Positions 52,601 through 61,678 are shown, counted from the stretch's first letter. The stretch is 64,000 nt of DNA from Chryseolinea sp. (GCA_035489615.1 DATHKA010000522.1:2420-66419); one strand, 5' to 3'. The notes: generated by a model not told the origin, from the letters alone. Program-made: numbers and translations.

Positions 52601-54277
52601 TGTGTTGCTCAGACAGCCGACCCGGTCGATTATCAGTACCGCGGTGACGATATCGGAATCCGTGAAGTGATATTGAATGACCTGGATCATCTTTCAGGAA
52701 GCACGGTGGAAGATGCAGCAGGGGGTGTGACCAACGCTAACGGGTACGGTGATTTCAGTGGCAGCCAGGTGGCGAACCTCGAGCCATTTACGGAATATAC
52801 CATCAGTGTTGTATTAAGCGATGTTACTCCTGAACACGTGTATGTTTATATCGACTTTGATAACAATGGGATCTCTGAAGATGACCTGGTGACCTCTGCC
52901 CATGACGTCCCGGCAGGCTCAGGAATGTATGCGCTTCCTTCTTTTATAACACCTGGCTTTCCCGTTTACAATACCCGGTTACGCATGCGGGTAGTCGATG
53001 AGGATATCAATAGTCCATATCCGGAGGCTTGTGGTGCACCTGTCTACGGACAGATCGAGGATTATAGTGTGATCTTCAACAATGTATTCCCTGTAGCGCT
53101 GGATGATGCCGTCGCCATCAATGAAGACCAAGTCATTGTCATCGATGTGACGAGTAACGATTCGGATCCCGATGGAACGATTCCCGCTGGGACGGTGGAC
53201 ATGGATTTCTCTATTCCTCTCAATCAGGGCACAAAATCGACTCCGGAAGGAGATTGGCTGTACGTTCAGGGAAACAAAGTTTCATTTACACCAAAACCAA
53301 ATTTCAATGGTGTTGCTACGCTGGAATATACGGTCCAGGACAATAGATACACAACGTCTAATCCTGCCACGATAATCGTAACCGTTAATGCCGTTAATGA
53401 TCCACCATCGTTCACGAAAAGAGCAGATCAAATTATAAATGAAGATTCCGGTCCGCAGCTTGTGAGCGGCTGGGCAACGGCGCTATCGACAGGTCCTTCG
53501 GATGAATCGTCACAGGAATTGACATTCACCGTTATGAATGATAACCATCTCTTGTTCATTGTTCAGCCCTCGATCGACGCAAACGGAGACCTCACGTACG
53601 CTTCTGCTGATAACGCCTCCGGTTCAGCAACAGTAAGCGTTGTATTGAGTGACAATGGCGGGACAGCCAACGGCGGAATAAATACCTACGCAACCCAGAC
53701 TTTTCTCATCACAGTTAATCCGGTGAACGATCCTCCGGTAGTCGTGAACTACTCCATCACGACTATGCAAGGCACTCCTGTTTCCGGGAATTTCTCTGCC
53801 GGAGACAGTGATCCCGATGGCTCGATCAATTATGAAACAACTCCGGTATCCGGTCCTGACCATGGCATGATCGTAGTTCATGCAGATGGAACGTTTATCT
53901 ATACACCGGATGAAACATTCGCAGGAACGGAAGTGATCATTATCGAAGTATGTGATGACGGTACACCCTCTTCGTGCACACCAAAAACATTGACCATTAC
54001 TGTAGAGCCGCAGGAAATCACGGGTATAGAATCTACTGAACTCGCATCGGTATCGGTTTATCCGAATCCTTCTACCGGAACATTCATACTGCGTGTTTCG
54101 CCCGCCCTGCGCGGAAGCACGATCAAAGTATCCGATCTGGTTGGTAAGATCATTCATGAATCCAGGATCGATTACGACGAAAAATCCATCGACCTTTCAG
54201 AATATGCCAAGGGGATATACCTGTTGCAGGTCGAGAGAACGGATAGAAGATTCGTGTCGCGGATCACCTTGAAGTAA
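49601..54277 (+). CDS. T9SS-secreted M43 (pappalysin/ulilysin) zinc metalloprotease with PKD, GEVED and Ig/cadherin-like domains
   Basis: Signal peptide, CGAD propeptide Cys, HELGHYIGLRH zinc motif, NYMGY Met-turn, GQ..DY GEVED ends, VYPNPS...KGIYLL type A CTD. Confidence 0.92.
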   Translation: MLRPILLPVFLFLTCFNLSAQQTCGADEVYRKMMQDPDYRLKYDQFKTVTRNAVVGRRNVRIQSNSTVYSIPIVFHIMHKGEPLGSGVNLTDETIVAVVKGMNERYRKIPGSIGDGHSVDMQFQFVLAVQDPDGNCTNGINRVDMSSYQDYMDYGTAGPLSVPLGMEDADVRALSSWDSHYYCNVWIVSDIYGYAGYAFYPDQHGNPWDGVMIKSDVVGDAASPALTHELGHYIGLRHVFEGGDTENCPVNNDCAIDGDGVCDTPPQLLSAPCEPTPNSCAPGEILEAVNYMGYSCMNEFTEGQKELARNAFEIYRSSLLEENGNLALVPVGTPAPDFTLVTVPGACMIAGDKIQLFDHTLCIPNTLVNSWEGSGVAFSWIMTNNDGATLTSTDQNPAFAIPAEGSYDVTLTVTSSLGTNSVTQQDFVIAGPAPAPDFTLATSTCMVAGAEIQLLNSTPCLPNINVSFDWTITDNHGVTLTSTDQNPAFTIPVQGSYDVTLAVTTSIGTNSVTKQDFVIASAGPAPDFTLTIAPGTSLTAGSEIQLINGTPCLPNTNVSFNWTITNNHGVTRTSTDQNPAFTLPVTGNYDVTLAITTPQGTNSITKQDFIVVGEIPQAPSCVAQTADPVDYQYRGDDIGIREVILNDLDHLSGTTIQDAAGGVTNANGYGDFSGSQMANLEPFTEYTISVVLSDVNPENVHVYIDFDNNGITEDDLVTFAYNIPAGSGTYALPSFASPDFPVYNTRLRMRVVDEDIYSPYPETCGVPVYGQAQDYSVIFNNSFPVANDDAATVNEDEMVVIDVADNDSDADGTLLAGSVDMDFSTPLNQGAKSTPEGAWLYVQGNRVSFKPIPDFNGTATLEYTVTDDKYIVSNPATITVTVTPVNDLPSFTKGADQFVNEGSGPQLVNGWATVLSSGPPDEALQELTFSLSNDNNALFAVQPSIDANGDLTYTSANNTSGSAIVSVVLSDNGGTANGGVNTYTTQTFTITVAEIPQAPSCVAQTADPVDYQYRGDDIGIREVILNDLDHLSGSTVEDAAGGVTNANGYGDFSGSQVANLEPFTEYTISVVLSDVTPEHVYVYIDFDNNGISEDDLVTSAHDVPAGSGMYALPSFITPGFPVYNTRLRMRVVDEDINSPYPEACGAPVYGQIEDYSVIFNNVFPVALDDAVAINEDQVIVIDVTSNDSDPDGTIPAGTVDMDFSIPLNQGTKSTPEGDWLYVQGNKVSFTPKPNFNGVATLEYTVQDNRYTTSNPATIIVTVNAVNDPPSFTKRADQIINEDSGPQLVSGWATALSTGPSDESSQELTFTVMNDNHLLFIVQPSIDANGDLTYASADNASGSATVSVVLSDNGGTANGGINTYATQTFLITVNPVNDPPVVVNYSITTMQGTPVSGNFSAGDSDPDGSINYETTPVSGPDHGMIVVHADGTFIYTPDETFAGTEVIIIEVCDDGTPSSCTPKTLTITVEPQEITGIESTELASVSVYPNPSTGTFILRVSPALRGSTIKVSDLVGKIIHESRIDYDEKSIDLSEYAKGIYLLQVERTDRRFVSRITLK
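50600..51439 (+). repeat. Three tandem PKD-like domain repeats
   Basis: Units start at about 50600, 50900 and 51170: PDFTL...TSTDQNPAF..P..G.YDVTL..T...GTNS.T.QDF. Confidence 0.85.
51440..53719 (+). repeat. 1140-nt (380-aa) tandem intragenic duplication
   Basis: Units start GAAATACC(A/T)CAGGCACCGAGCTGTGTTGC at 51440 and 52580; each unit is GEVED plus two Ig-like domains. Confidence 0.92.
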
Positions 54278-54408
54278 CGCGCTGCGTAACATTCATTGAA
54301 CCACTTCATGACATACCTATAAATGAGTTAGCGTTGATTTGGAAAAAACGAACCGACAACCAAGATATCAATCGATAAATTAAAATGAGTATTTGAAATT
54401 TAAAAAGG

Positions 54409-54906
54409 ATGTTAAAAAAGATACCCAAACGATTAAAATTAAGTGCGGTACTCTTGCTGGGAGTAGGTCTCAGGCTACAGGCACAAAACACAATTCCTGC
54501 AAGTGGAGGTAATGCTTTGGGTAGCGGAGGTACTGCGAGTTATTCCATAGGGCAGATGGTTTATACCACCAACACATCCGTTTCAAACGGTTCGGTAACA
54601 CAAGGTGTACAGCAACCGTACGGAATCTCGGTAGTAACAGAATTGGAAGAAGCCAAGGGCATCAACCTTACGGTTTCGACTTATCCCAACCCTACGACCG
54701 ATTACCTTACATTGAGTATTGATAATTTTGAAGCTTCGAAATTGTCATATCAGCTACTTGACATAAACGGAAGACTTTTAGAAACAAAAAAAATTGACGG
54801 CAATCAAACCATTATTGTTACGAGCAATCTTATGCCCGCAATGTACTTTTTAAAAGTAACCGAGAGCAACGGGAAAGTAAAGACATTTAAAATCATTAAG
54901 AATTGA
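54409..54906 (+). CDS. Small T9SS type A sorting-domain protein
   Basis: ASGGNA.GSGG..SYSIGQ..Y, GVQQPY, YPNPTTD..YFLKV..KTFKIIKN. Confidence 0.85.
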   Translation: MLKKIPKRLKLSAVLLLGVGLRLQAQNTIPASGGNALGSGGTASYSIGQMVYTTNTSVSNGSVTQGVQQPYGISVVTELEEAKGINLTVSTYPNPTTDYLTLSIDNFEASKLSYQLLDINGRLLETKKIDGNQTIIVTSNLMPAMYFLKVTESNGKVKTFKIIKN

Positions 54907-54919
54907 AGGCGAATAAATA

Positions 54920-55921
54920 ATGAGAAAGATATTTACAATTATATCAACCGTATTACTAACGGCAACAGTGTGGGCACAAGCACCACAAAAAATGAGTTAT
55001 CAGGCAGTAATACGAAATAGCAGTGATGTTTTGATAACAAACATTCAAATTGGTATGCAAATAAACATTCGCCAGGACTCACCAACCGGAACTGTCGTTT
55101 ATACCGAAACCCAGACACCAACAACCAATGCAAATGGTTTGGTAAGTGTTGAAATAGGTGGCGGAACAAATTTTAGTGCTATTGACTGGGGAAGCGATAC
55201 GTATTATATCGAAACTAAAACCGCAGTAGTTGCACCTTTGACAACTTACACCATTACAGGAGTAAGCCAGTTATTAAGCGTACCTTATGCATTACATGCA
55301 AAAACAGCTGATAGCATTACCGGCGGAATTACCGACACCAAAGTAACCCAGGGTACCAACATAACCATAACAGGCAACGGAACAACAGCAACCCCTTATG
55401 TCATTAGCAGCAGTGGTTTTACCCATTACGTAGGCGAACTCTATGGCGGTGGTATTGTGGTATCGGTATGGAAGCAAGGGGCTGCGGAACATGGTTTAAT
55501 TGCCTCATTAGCAGATTTAAGTGCTGGTATAATATGGACACCAGCAGCGTATCAATCAACGATGGTTCCTGCTGGTTCATTAAGCCCAATGGATGGTTTG
55601 GCAAATTCAAATGCAATTGTTGCACAGGCTGGTGCCGGAACTACTTATGCGGCCGGTTTGTGCAGGGCATATGGTGCTGCCGGCGATGGTGTTCTTAACG
55701 ATTGGTACTTGCCATCAACGTGGGAATTAAACCAATGTTATAATGCTGCATATGCCGTAAACACAATTTTAGGTGCTACGAATGGCTTTCAGTTTGTGGA
55801 TTACTGGAGTTCAACCGAGCTCAACACCGGCTACGCGTGGAGTATGTATTTCTACAACGGCGACCAGGGCTATGCCAGTAAGGGCAGTAGCTATAGGGTT
55901 CGTGCAGTCAGGAGATTTTAG
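54920..55921 (+). CDS. Secreted DUF1566 (Lcl C-terminal/C-type-lectin fold) protein; putative DGR target
   Basis: QAPQKMSYQAVIRN and SVPYALHA N-terminal motifs; C-terminal GGIV..HGLI, DWYLPS..EL, YWSSTE..AW..F..G..VRAVR. Confidence 0.85.
   Translation: MRKIFTIISTVLLTATVWAQAPQKMSYQAVIRNSSDVLITNIQIGMQINIRQDSPTGTVVYTETQTPTTNANGLVSVEIGGGTNFSAIDWGSDTYYIETKTAVVAPLTTYTITGVSQLLSVPYALHAKTADSITGGITDTKVTQGTNITITGNGTTATPYVISSSGFTHYVGELYGGGIVVSVWKQGAAEHGLIASLADLSAGIIWTPAAYQSTMVPAGSLSPMDGLANSNAIVAQAGAGTTYAAGLCRAYGAAGDGVLNDWYLPSTWELNQCYNAAYAVNTILGATNGFQFVDYWSSTELNTGYAWSMYFYNGDQGYASKGSSYRVRAVRRF
55802..55921 (+). other. DGR variable-region-like segment
   Basis: All 18 codons at the Asn-run positions of YWSSTE-x5-AW-x-M-x-F-xx-G-x-Q-x4-K-x4-RVRAVR end in C or T, as expected for codons derived from AAC/AAT. 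Confidence 0.65.
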
Positions 55922-55936
55922 CTATTTCATGCCTGC

Positions 55937-55951
55937 GCAGGAGCCTCCTGC
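55937..55951. terminator. GC-rich hairpin between convergent genes (terminator and/or DGR target stem-loop)
   Basis: GCAGGA-GCC-TCCTGC, beginning 16 nt after the stop codon. Confidence 0.55.
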
Positions 55952-55959
55952 CGGGTCTG

Positions 55960-58206
55960 TTAGTTGAACACTATTTTCTGTGTGAGAATTTCCCCGTCCG
56001 ACTCAATGACCAGTAGATAGAGGCTTTTTTTAACACCCGGAATTTCTACCTGTGTTTCCCCGTTCCCGGAATGTTGATAGATTATTTTACCCACAGGGTC
56101 GGAAATCATTATCTGGTATTCACCGACATGAGTCGGCACACGGACAATGAATTTTTCAGTGGCTGGATTCGGGAAGACCGAGACCCATTCTGAAGTCTCT
56201 TCCTTCACGCCTGTTATCCCGGATGCAACAACCGCAATTTCGCGTGATGAAGACGTGCAGCCATGATTACCGAGCTCAAGTCTGTATACCCCATCTTGTC
56301 TCACCGTGAGAGAGTTTGTTGTTTCGTCCGTGATCGGGTTGTTGTCGTGATACCATTGATACTTATCGGCAACGACAGGTGTCAACAGTATGTTGCCGGT
56401 TTGATTGACTGCGGTGTCGGGATAATTGTAAAAGGTAATGGCGACAGGGCTTGAAAAATCACTGACGCAACCATTGACATCCGTTACCTTTACCGAGTAA
56501 TCCCCTGAATCTTGAGCGTTGATCGTCTCTGTTGTTTCCCCGGTATTCCAGTGATACGCGGCAAATCCGGTTGGAGCAGCGATAGTGATCGATCCTCCGG
56601 TGCATCCTTCCGTAGAGGATGGCGGGGTCAGCACAGGAGCGTCCAGCGGCAAAGGTGTTACCTGGGTGACACTCGCGGGAACGGATTGGGTTCCGCGTCC
56701 GAGCGCGATGACCCGGAAATCGTAGGTCTCACTGCACACCAGATTTCCGGCCGTATAGGAAGTTACGTCAGCGTCAATTGTCTCCAATACGATATAGCTG
56801 CCGCCCTGTGATTTTTTATATTCGATCCGGTAGTTGTCTTCATCCGCTACATCATCCCATGTCAATGCAATGGAAGACGTGCTTGCGCCGATGCCTTCAA
56901 GATTTGAAGGCGCGACAGGTGTAGTAATCGTTTTGACTTTAAATGTCTGAATGGTAAAAATGAAGTGCGGCACCGCATCCATCAGCAGGATCTGCCCCGT
57001 TCGGGCATTCGGATGTACCGATACCGTAATTGCTCGGCTTGTCGTTGTAATTCCCGTGGTTACCGCCGGTGATCCTGAAAATTGAACTTTATCGATCGCT
57101 GATAAATTGACGCCCGTCAGGGTGATCATATCTCCGGGATAGGCTTCGGCCGGAACGATTCCGTTGGAAGCTACAGCGGGAATCCCCGCGTTCTTAATCC
57201 CTGCGCCGTTCAGTAAGGCTTTACTGCCCGGAAGCAGATCATAAAAATCAGTGAACAGTCCGTGATCACCGAGTGTACCCAGTAAGGGATCGATGGGAAC
57301 TGCTTCAGTGCCAACATAGTCATTATTGGCACTCGGTTGTCCCTGACGAAACGTTGGAAATGAAATCTGTGCGACCACCGGATACGATCCGATCAGGTTA
57401 CCTCCGTCCGTATACACGGCTCCACTCAGGTCGAACTCCTTACCGTTATCGGGAGAAGCGGGATTATCATAGGTGTTTTTCGCTACGATACAGTTCTTGA
57501 GATAAATGTTGTCTGTGGATGTGTTGGCGTTCACCGTAAAGACATTGTAGATAGCAGCTGGAAGATTGACATTCCAGCAGCTGTTATTAACAACCACACA
57601 GTTTTCCAGTGCCGTCGTTCCACTATAGGTATGGATCGCAGAACCCGTTCCCTGCGTGGCAACGTTATCCGTAAATGTACAATTCTTTGCCGTGAAGCCG
57701 TAGGTACTGCTGATAGCAACCGCTCCCCCCGATGGAGCCTGGTTACCTTTTAATAAACAATTGTAAAGTGCTACTCGCGCACCGCTGATCTTTATTGCAC
57801 CCCCGTCACCGTTTCCATTCGGAAGGGTGGATCCTCCTATGAGATTTGTATTGTAAAGAATAACATTGCAACCCGAAAAGTAGAGCAGTCGCAAAACAGC
57901 AATGGAGTTGTCGCGCATAAGCGTTGCTCCGTTTCCCAGGAACGTTAACGAATTTGCATCACTTCCATCCCGGTCAAATAACGGCAGGGCGTTGTCACCC
58001 AAAAAATTATTGTCAACCGTTGTAAACCGGTATGTCCCGAACGGCGCAAGATGAATTGTGTCAGGTTTGTTGTTGCTATTGGAGACGATAATTGCCGCCT
58101 TTAAGGCTGCTATATCTCCATTAGAAATATTGAACTGGTCTCCACGACAATAAAATACGCTTACCACCGCAAGCGACAACAGCAGCGCCTTCTTCAAATT
58201 TTTCAT
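55960..58206 (-). CDS. T9SS-secreted surface protein: beta-helix (choice-of-anchor Q-like), IPT/TIG, Fn3, Ig-like, CTD
   Basis: Signal peptide; GGAI/N..GGA beta-helix repeats, DPLLG.L..HG, Fn3 LTWDD..YRIEY..YDFRV.A, VFPNPA CTD. Confidence 0.82.
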   Translation of the reverse strand: MKNLKKALLLSLAVVSVFYCRGDQFNISNGDIAALKAAIIVSNSNNKPDTIHLAPFGTYRFTTVDNNFLGDNALPLFDRDGSDANSLTFLGNGATLMRDNSIAVLRLLYFSGCNVILYNTNLIGGSTLPNGNGDGGAIKISGARVALYNCLLKGNQAPSGGAVAISSTYGFTAKNCTFTDNVATQGTGSAIHTYSGTTALENCVVVNNSCWNVNLPAAIYNVFTVNANTSTDNIYLKNCIVAKNTYDNPASPDNGKEFDLSGAVYTDGGNLIGSYPVVAQISFPTFRQGQPSANNDYVGTEAVPIDPLLGTLGDHGLFTDFYDLLPGSKALLNGAGIKNAGIPAVASNGIVPAEAYPGDMITLTGVNLSAIDKVQFSGSPAVTTGITTTSRAITVSVHPNARTGQILLMDAVPHFIFTIQTFKVKTITTPVAPSNLEGIGASTSSIALTWDDVADEDNYRIEYKKSQGGSYIVLETIDADVTSYTAGNLVCSETYDFRVIALGRGTQSVPASVTQVTPLPLDAPVLTPPSSTEGCTGGSITIAAPTGFAAYHWNTGETTETINAQDSGDYSVKVTDVNGCVSDFSSPVAITFYNYPDTAVNQTGNILLTPVVADKYQWYHDNNPITDETTNSLTVRQDGVYRLELGNHGCTSSSREIAVVASGITGVKEETSEWVSVFPNPATEKFIVRVPTHVGEYQIMISDPVGKIIYQHSGNGETQVEIPGVKKSLYLLVIESDGEILTQKIVFN

Positions 58207-58222
58207 AGCGGGATTAATGCTC

Positions 58223-58230
58223 CAAAGTTA
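58223..58230 (-). promoter_or_regulatory. Bacteroidota sigma-ABfr -7 box (TAACTTTG)
   Basis: Matches TAnnTTTG, 17 bp upstream of the 58206 start. Confidence 0.55.
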
Positions 58231-58306
58231 CCGGTTAGGCTTCGAAAACAACATGGATAAATTGGAAGAGAGGATGGACAATTTTTCAAGTAAGGTCACG
58301 GCTAAC

Positions 58307-59275
58307 CTATAAAGAAGTTCCATGCGGCAGCAAGGCTTCCCGACCTGAGCCCACTGTATCCCGGTAAATTTGAGGGGAAATGTCTGCTCTTTTTTTGAAA
58401 AAACGACTGAAATAATATTCGTCAGAAAAACCGAGTTTATAGGCAATCTCTTTTACGGGTTTTGAGGTCAGATACAACTCACGCTTTGCCTCAATCATTA
58501 TCCGTTCGCCAATCAGATCAGTCAAGGTTTTATCCAAATATTTTTTTGTTAATCTCGCCAGTGCTTTTGCAGGAATCCCAAGTAAATCTGAATATTCACT
58601 GGTAGCATGTTGTTTTCGGAAATTTTCTTCAATGGCATCTACAAGATGCTGCAATCTGGCTGCATCCATATTTTTTGTTAGCATATCTTTCACATGATCC
58701 TGCTCACGATTCTTAATCCGGATAGCATTGATAAGAATAATCTTCAGATGAAGGATAAGAAGCTCTTGTTGCGCAATTTCCTTTTTCTGTAGCTCCACCC
58801 TAATCTTTGATGCGAATTGTAAAATCTCTTCGCACTCTTCGAGAGTGATCGGAAAAAAAGGTGAATGATATGCGTTGTTAAAAAGTGCACCATTACTCGC
58901 CACTTCATTCTGGTGCCGGAAAATGCAGAAAAAATCAGGGTGAAAGTGGATAACCGTACCATGCAAGTCCGTTGCATTCTTAATCGCAAAAGGTTGATAT
59001 GGTGAAAAAAAACAAAGCCCATCTGCCGAAAATGTAGCTGTTGAAAAGTTGGAATTTAGCATCCCACTACCTTTTGTAATGATCAATACCGTATAATAAT
59101 TGTTGTGCTGAAGCGAGGTAAAAGGATTTGAATTTTCGAAAGACTTAATTGCAAACGCAAGATTGCCAGTATTCTTATCTGTTAACGTAAGATTGTTTTC
59201 TTCGTCATTTCGTAGGAAATGGATTGTTGCTGTCTGCACCGGCCTGTCTATCATGGGATTAGGTTTTGATATCAT
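58307..59275 (-). CDS. AraC-family transcriptional regulator
   Basis: FHPDFFCI..H..EV..NG.LFNN; C-terminal KEIAYKLGFSDEYYFSRFFKK. Confidence 0.93.
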   Translation of the reverse strand: MISKPNPMIDRPVQTATIHFLRNDEENNLTLTDKNTGNLAFAIKSFENSNPFTSLQHNNYYTVLIITKGSGMLNSNFSTATFSADGLCFFSPYQPFAIKNATDLHGTVIHFHPDFFCIFRHQNEVASNGALFNNAYHSPFFPITLEECEEILQFASKIRVELQKKEIAQQELLILHLKIILINAIRIKNREQDHVKDMLTKNMDAARLQHLVDAIEENFRKQHATSEYSDLLGIPAKALARLTKKYLDKTLTDLIGERIMIEAKRELYLTSKPVKEIAYKLGFSDEYYFSRFFKKRADISPQIYRDTVGSGREALLPHGTSL

Positions 59276-59321
59276 CCTACAAAAGATAATAATAAATCCT
59301 TAAAACCCGCAATACAATGGA

Positions 59322-60176
59322 TTAATCAGTCTTGGAAATGGATAAATCTGCAACTACTGAAATGCCCGTCTTCTTTCTAAAAGTTTGTGGAGACACCTTC
59401 GTTACCTTTTTAAAAAAACGGCTGAAATAATGTTCGTCATCAAACTTCAATGCATGGGCAATGTGTTTCACGGTTTGCCTTGAAAGATGAAGCTTTTTTT
59501 TCGCTTCAAGCACAATCCGCTCACCGATTAGTTCAGAAGGTGTCTTACCGAAATAAACTCTACAACGCTTTGTAAGCGAATTAGGAGAAAGACCAAGAAG
59601 TTTAGCATAATCCGCAGGTTTTCTAATGGTAATGAAGTACTTGTCCAGCAGTTCGCGAAACAACTCCATCATTTCGTCGCGCTTCAAATTTCGCGTTCGC
59701 CTTTTCATTCGAACGCTGGCTGATTTGGCTAACAATAATTGAATAAGAGTGATCACAATCGAATCGAACGGCCTGGAAGCTGTTAACTCTTTATTAAGGT
59801 CAGCAAGAATACGACAGAAGTCAGCATGACTTTCCGGCATCAGCGGGATACAAGGATTACTATAAACATTATTGAATAAAATTCCATTGCAGCTTACTTC
59901 TTTCTTATGGTATTCAATGCAATAAAAATCTCCATGAAACTGCAATATCGATATTTCATGGAAGTGACCTTTTAGCTGGATGGTTTGAAGTGGAGTCGAA
60001 AACACAATGCAAGGACCCTTGGCATTAAAGGTCCCAAAGTCAGCCTTAAAGTCGCCAACACCATCTTTGATGACAAGAATGGTATACATGGCGAATTGCT
60101 TCGGGGCCGCGAGAATATTTTTACTATTCTGGGTTAGCTGTACTAACAGTTGACCATCCTTGGAAAGGTTAGGCAT
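59322..60176 (-). CDS. AraC-family transcriptional regulator
   Basis: FHGDFYCIEYHKKEVSCNG.LFNN; LKFDDEHYFSRFFKK. Confidence 0.93.
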   Translation of the reverse strand: MPNLSKDGQLLVQLTQNSKNILAAPKQFAMYTILVIKDGVGDFKADFGTFNAKGPCIVFSTPLQTIQLKGHFHEISILQFHGDFYCIEYHKKEVSCNGILFNNVYSNPCIPLMPESHADFCRILADLNKELTASRPFDSIVITLIQLLLAKSASVRMKRRTRNLKRDEMMELFRELLDKYFITIRKPADYAKLLGLSPNSLTKRCRVYFGKTPSELIGERIVLEAKKKLHLSRQTVKHIAHALKFDDEHYFSRFFKKVTKVSPQTFRKKTGISVVADLSISKTD

Positions 60177-60319
60177 GTTCAGGTATCTAAGGTCATTGGT
60201 TGAGAGCAAGACCACTGACTCTTACTGTCAGTATAGGTGGTAACTGACTAAGTAATCCTGAGGCCCCACGACGATTGCTTTGAGAGTAACTATTATCTAA
60301 AACCGCGAAATTTTTGCGA

Positions 60320-60622
60320 TCAGGGTTTTGACGCCAGGACATCAACAAATTCAATGACGGGATCCCTGGCAAGCAAGCGTTCGACATTGGTCAGTAATGC
60401 AGCAGCGACGTTTCCAGCCAGATGGGCTTTGCGTCCTGCATCATGTGGAAAGGTGTCAAAGATGCCAAAGGTAGACGGGCCCAGTTGAATACCATACCAT
60501 GTTGTGGTGTAAGGTTCACTTTGAACAATGGGTAAACCGCTCCGCAAGAAATCAGCTACTTCCTTTTCTTTTCCTGGCTTTGCTTCAAGCCTAACTAACA
60601 AGGCAACTTTTGTCATAAGCAT
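60320..60622 (-). CDS. Antibiotic-biosynthesis-monooxygenase-like (putative quinol monooxygenase) protein
   Basis: LLVRLEAKPGKE, TTTWY.IQLGPSTFGIFDTF, GRKAHL.G motifs. Confidence 0.85.
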   Translation of the reverse strand: MLMTKVALLVRLEAKPGKEKEVADFLRSGLPIVQSEPYTTTWYGIQLGPSTFGIFDTFPHDAGRKAHLAGNVAAALLTNVERLLARDPVIEFVDVLASKP

Positions 60623-61096
60623 TTTATTTGTTAATGGTTTTCTCTAAAGCAAAGGTTCAGAAATTCGAAGACATGCGGAATGGATGTTCATTACGATGAG
60701 ATGGATAATTTTACCAAACATATCTGCCGCCTGACTCATGCCTAACGTTTCCACCGCTAGCCTTAAAACGATTCAGATGGCGTAAAAATACTTGGATGAT
60801 AGGCACGTGTTGATTTGATCGCTGTTGGTAAAATAATCCATCACATACGTGTCAACATCCATTTTACAAATCTGATATGTTGCAAGGTTTTGCCGTTCGG
60901 CTTGTGGTACCAGCGTCATTGCACCAGGTCAATAGCAGATAGATGTGAGCCAATAAAGGTGGCCGAGCATAATGGTATGAGCACGTACAAAACCTTGCCC
61001 GACTATAATGCCAACCTGCATGGGTAGGACTTCATTTATAACTAAAATGCGCACTTTTTTTTGCCAGATGACAAATACCCAGAAAAAAATGATTAC

Positions 61097-61104
61097 TAAC
61101 TTTG
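61097..61104 (+). promoter_or_regulatory. Bacteroidota -7 box (TAACTTTG)
   Basis: Matches TAnnTTTG, 4 bp before the Crp start. Confidence 0.55.
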
Positions 61105-61108
61105 CACA

Positions 61109-61678
61109 ATGAATGAATTAATACACTACCTATTACAATTCGGACACTTGAATCAACAGCAGATTGAATTGATACAAAGTAAATTCCATCAAAAAGAAAT
61201 CGAAAAAGATACCTATTACCAAAAAGCGGGGCAAATTCCTAATGAATTCATCTTCATAACGGAAGGCGTAATGAGAGTATGTTATTACGATCACAATGGT
61301 GATGAAATTACCAAAGCGTTTGTTGATGAACACAAACTGGTTGCTGATATAGTAAATTATAACATTGGCTCACCTAGCACAGAATATATTCAAGCTATTA
61401 CTCACTGTAAATATCTAACAATTTCAAAGTCGGCGATGGAGGATCTTTCACAAACCGTCATTACCTGGGATGCCATTATCGCCAAGATAATCTCAAAAGG
61501 ACTCACACAAAAAGTTAACATATTTAGCCGTATGATGGCAGAAGATGCTACTGAACGTTATCAGAAATTTCTTATTCATTTTCCTAACATAGTCAATAGA
61601 ATTCCTCTTTCTTACGTAGCTTCTTTCTTAGGTATGACACAATCTTCATTAAGTAGAATAAGAAAAAATATCAGCTAA
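61109..61678 (+). CDS. Crp/Fnr-family regulator
   Basis: cNMP domain (FITEGVMR..Y...G.E.T..F) and HTH IPLSYVASFLGMTQSSLSRIR. Confidence 0.9.
   Translation: MNELIHYLLQFGHLNQQQIELIQSKFHQKEIEKDTYYQKAGQIPNEFIFITEGVMRVCYYDHNGDEITKAFVDEHKLVADIVNYNIGSPSTEYIQAITHCKYLTISKSAMEDLSQTVITWDAIIAKIISKGLTQKVNIFSRMMAEDATERYQKFLIHFPNIVNRIPLSYVASFLGMTQSSLSRIRKNIS

Noticed and set aside
60650-61025. Minus-strand frame with two internal stops (possible pseudogene)
   Set aside because: Could not be assigned to any family by eye.
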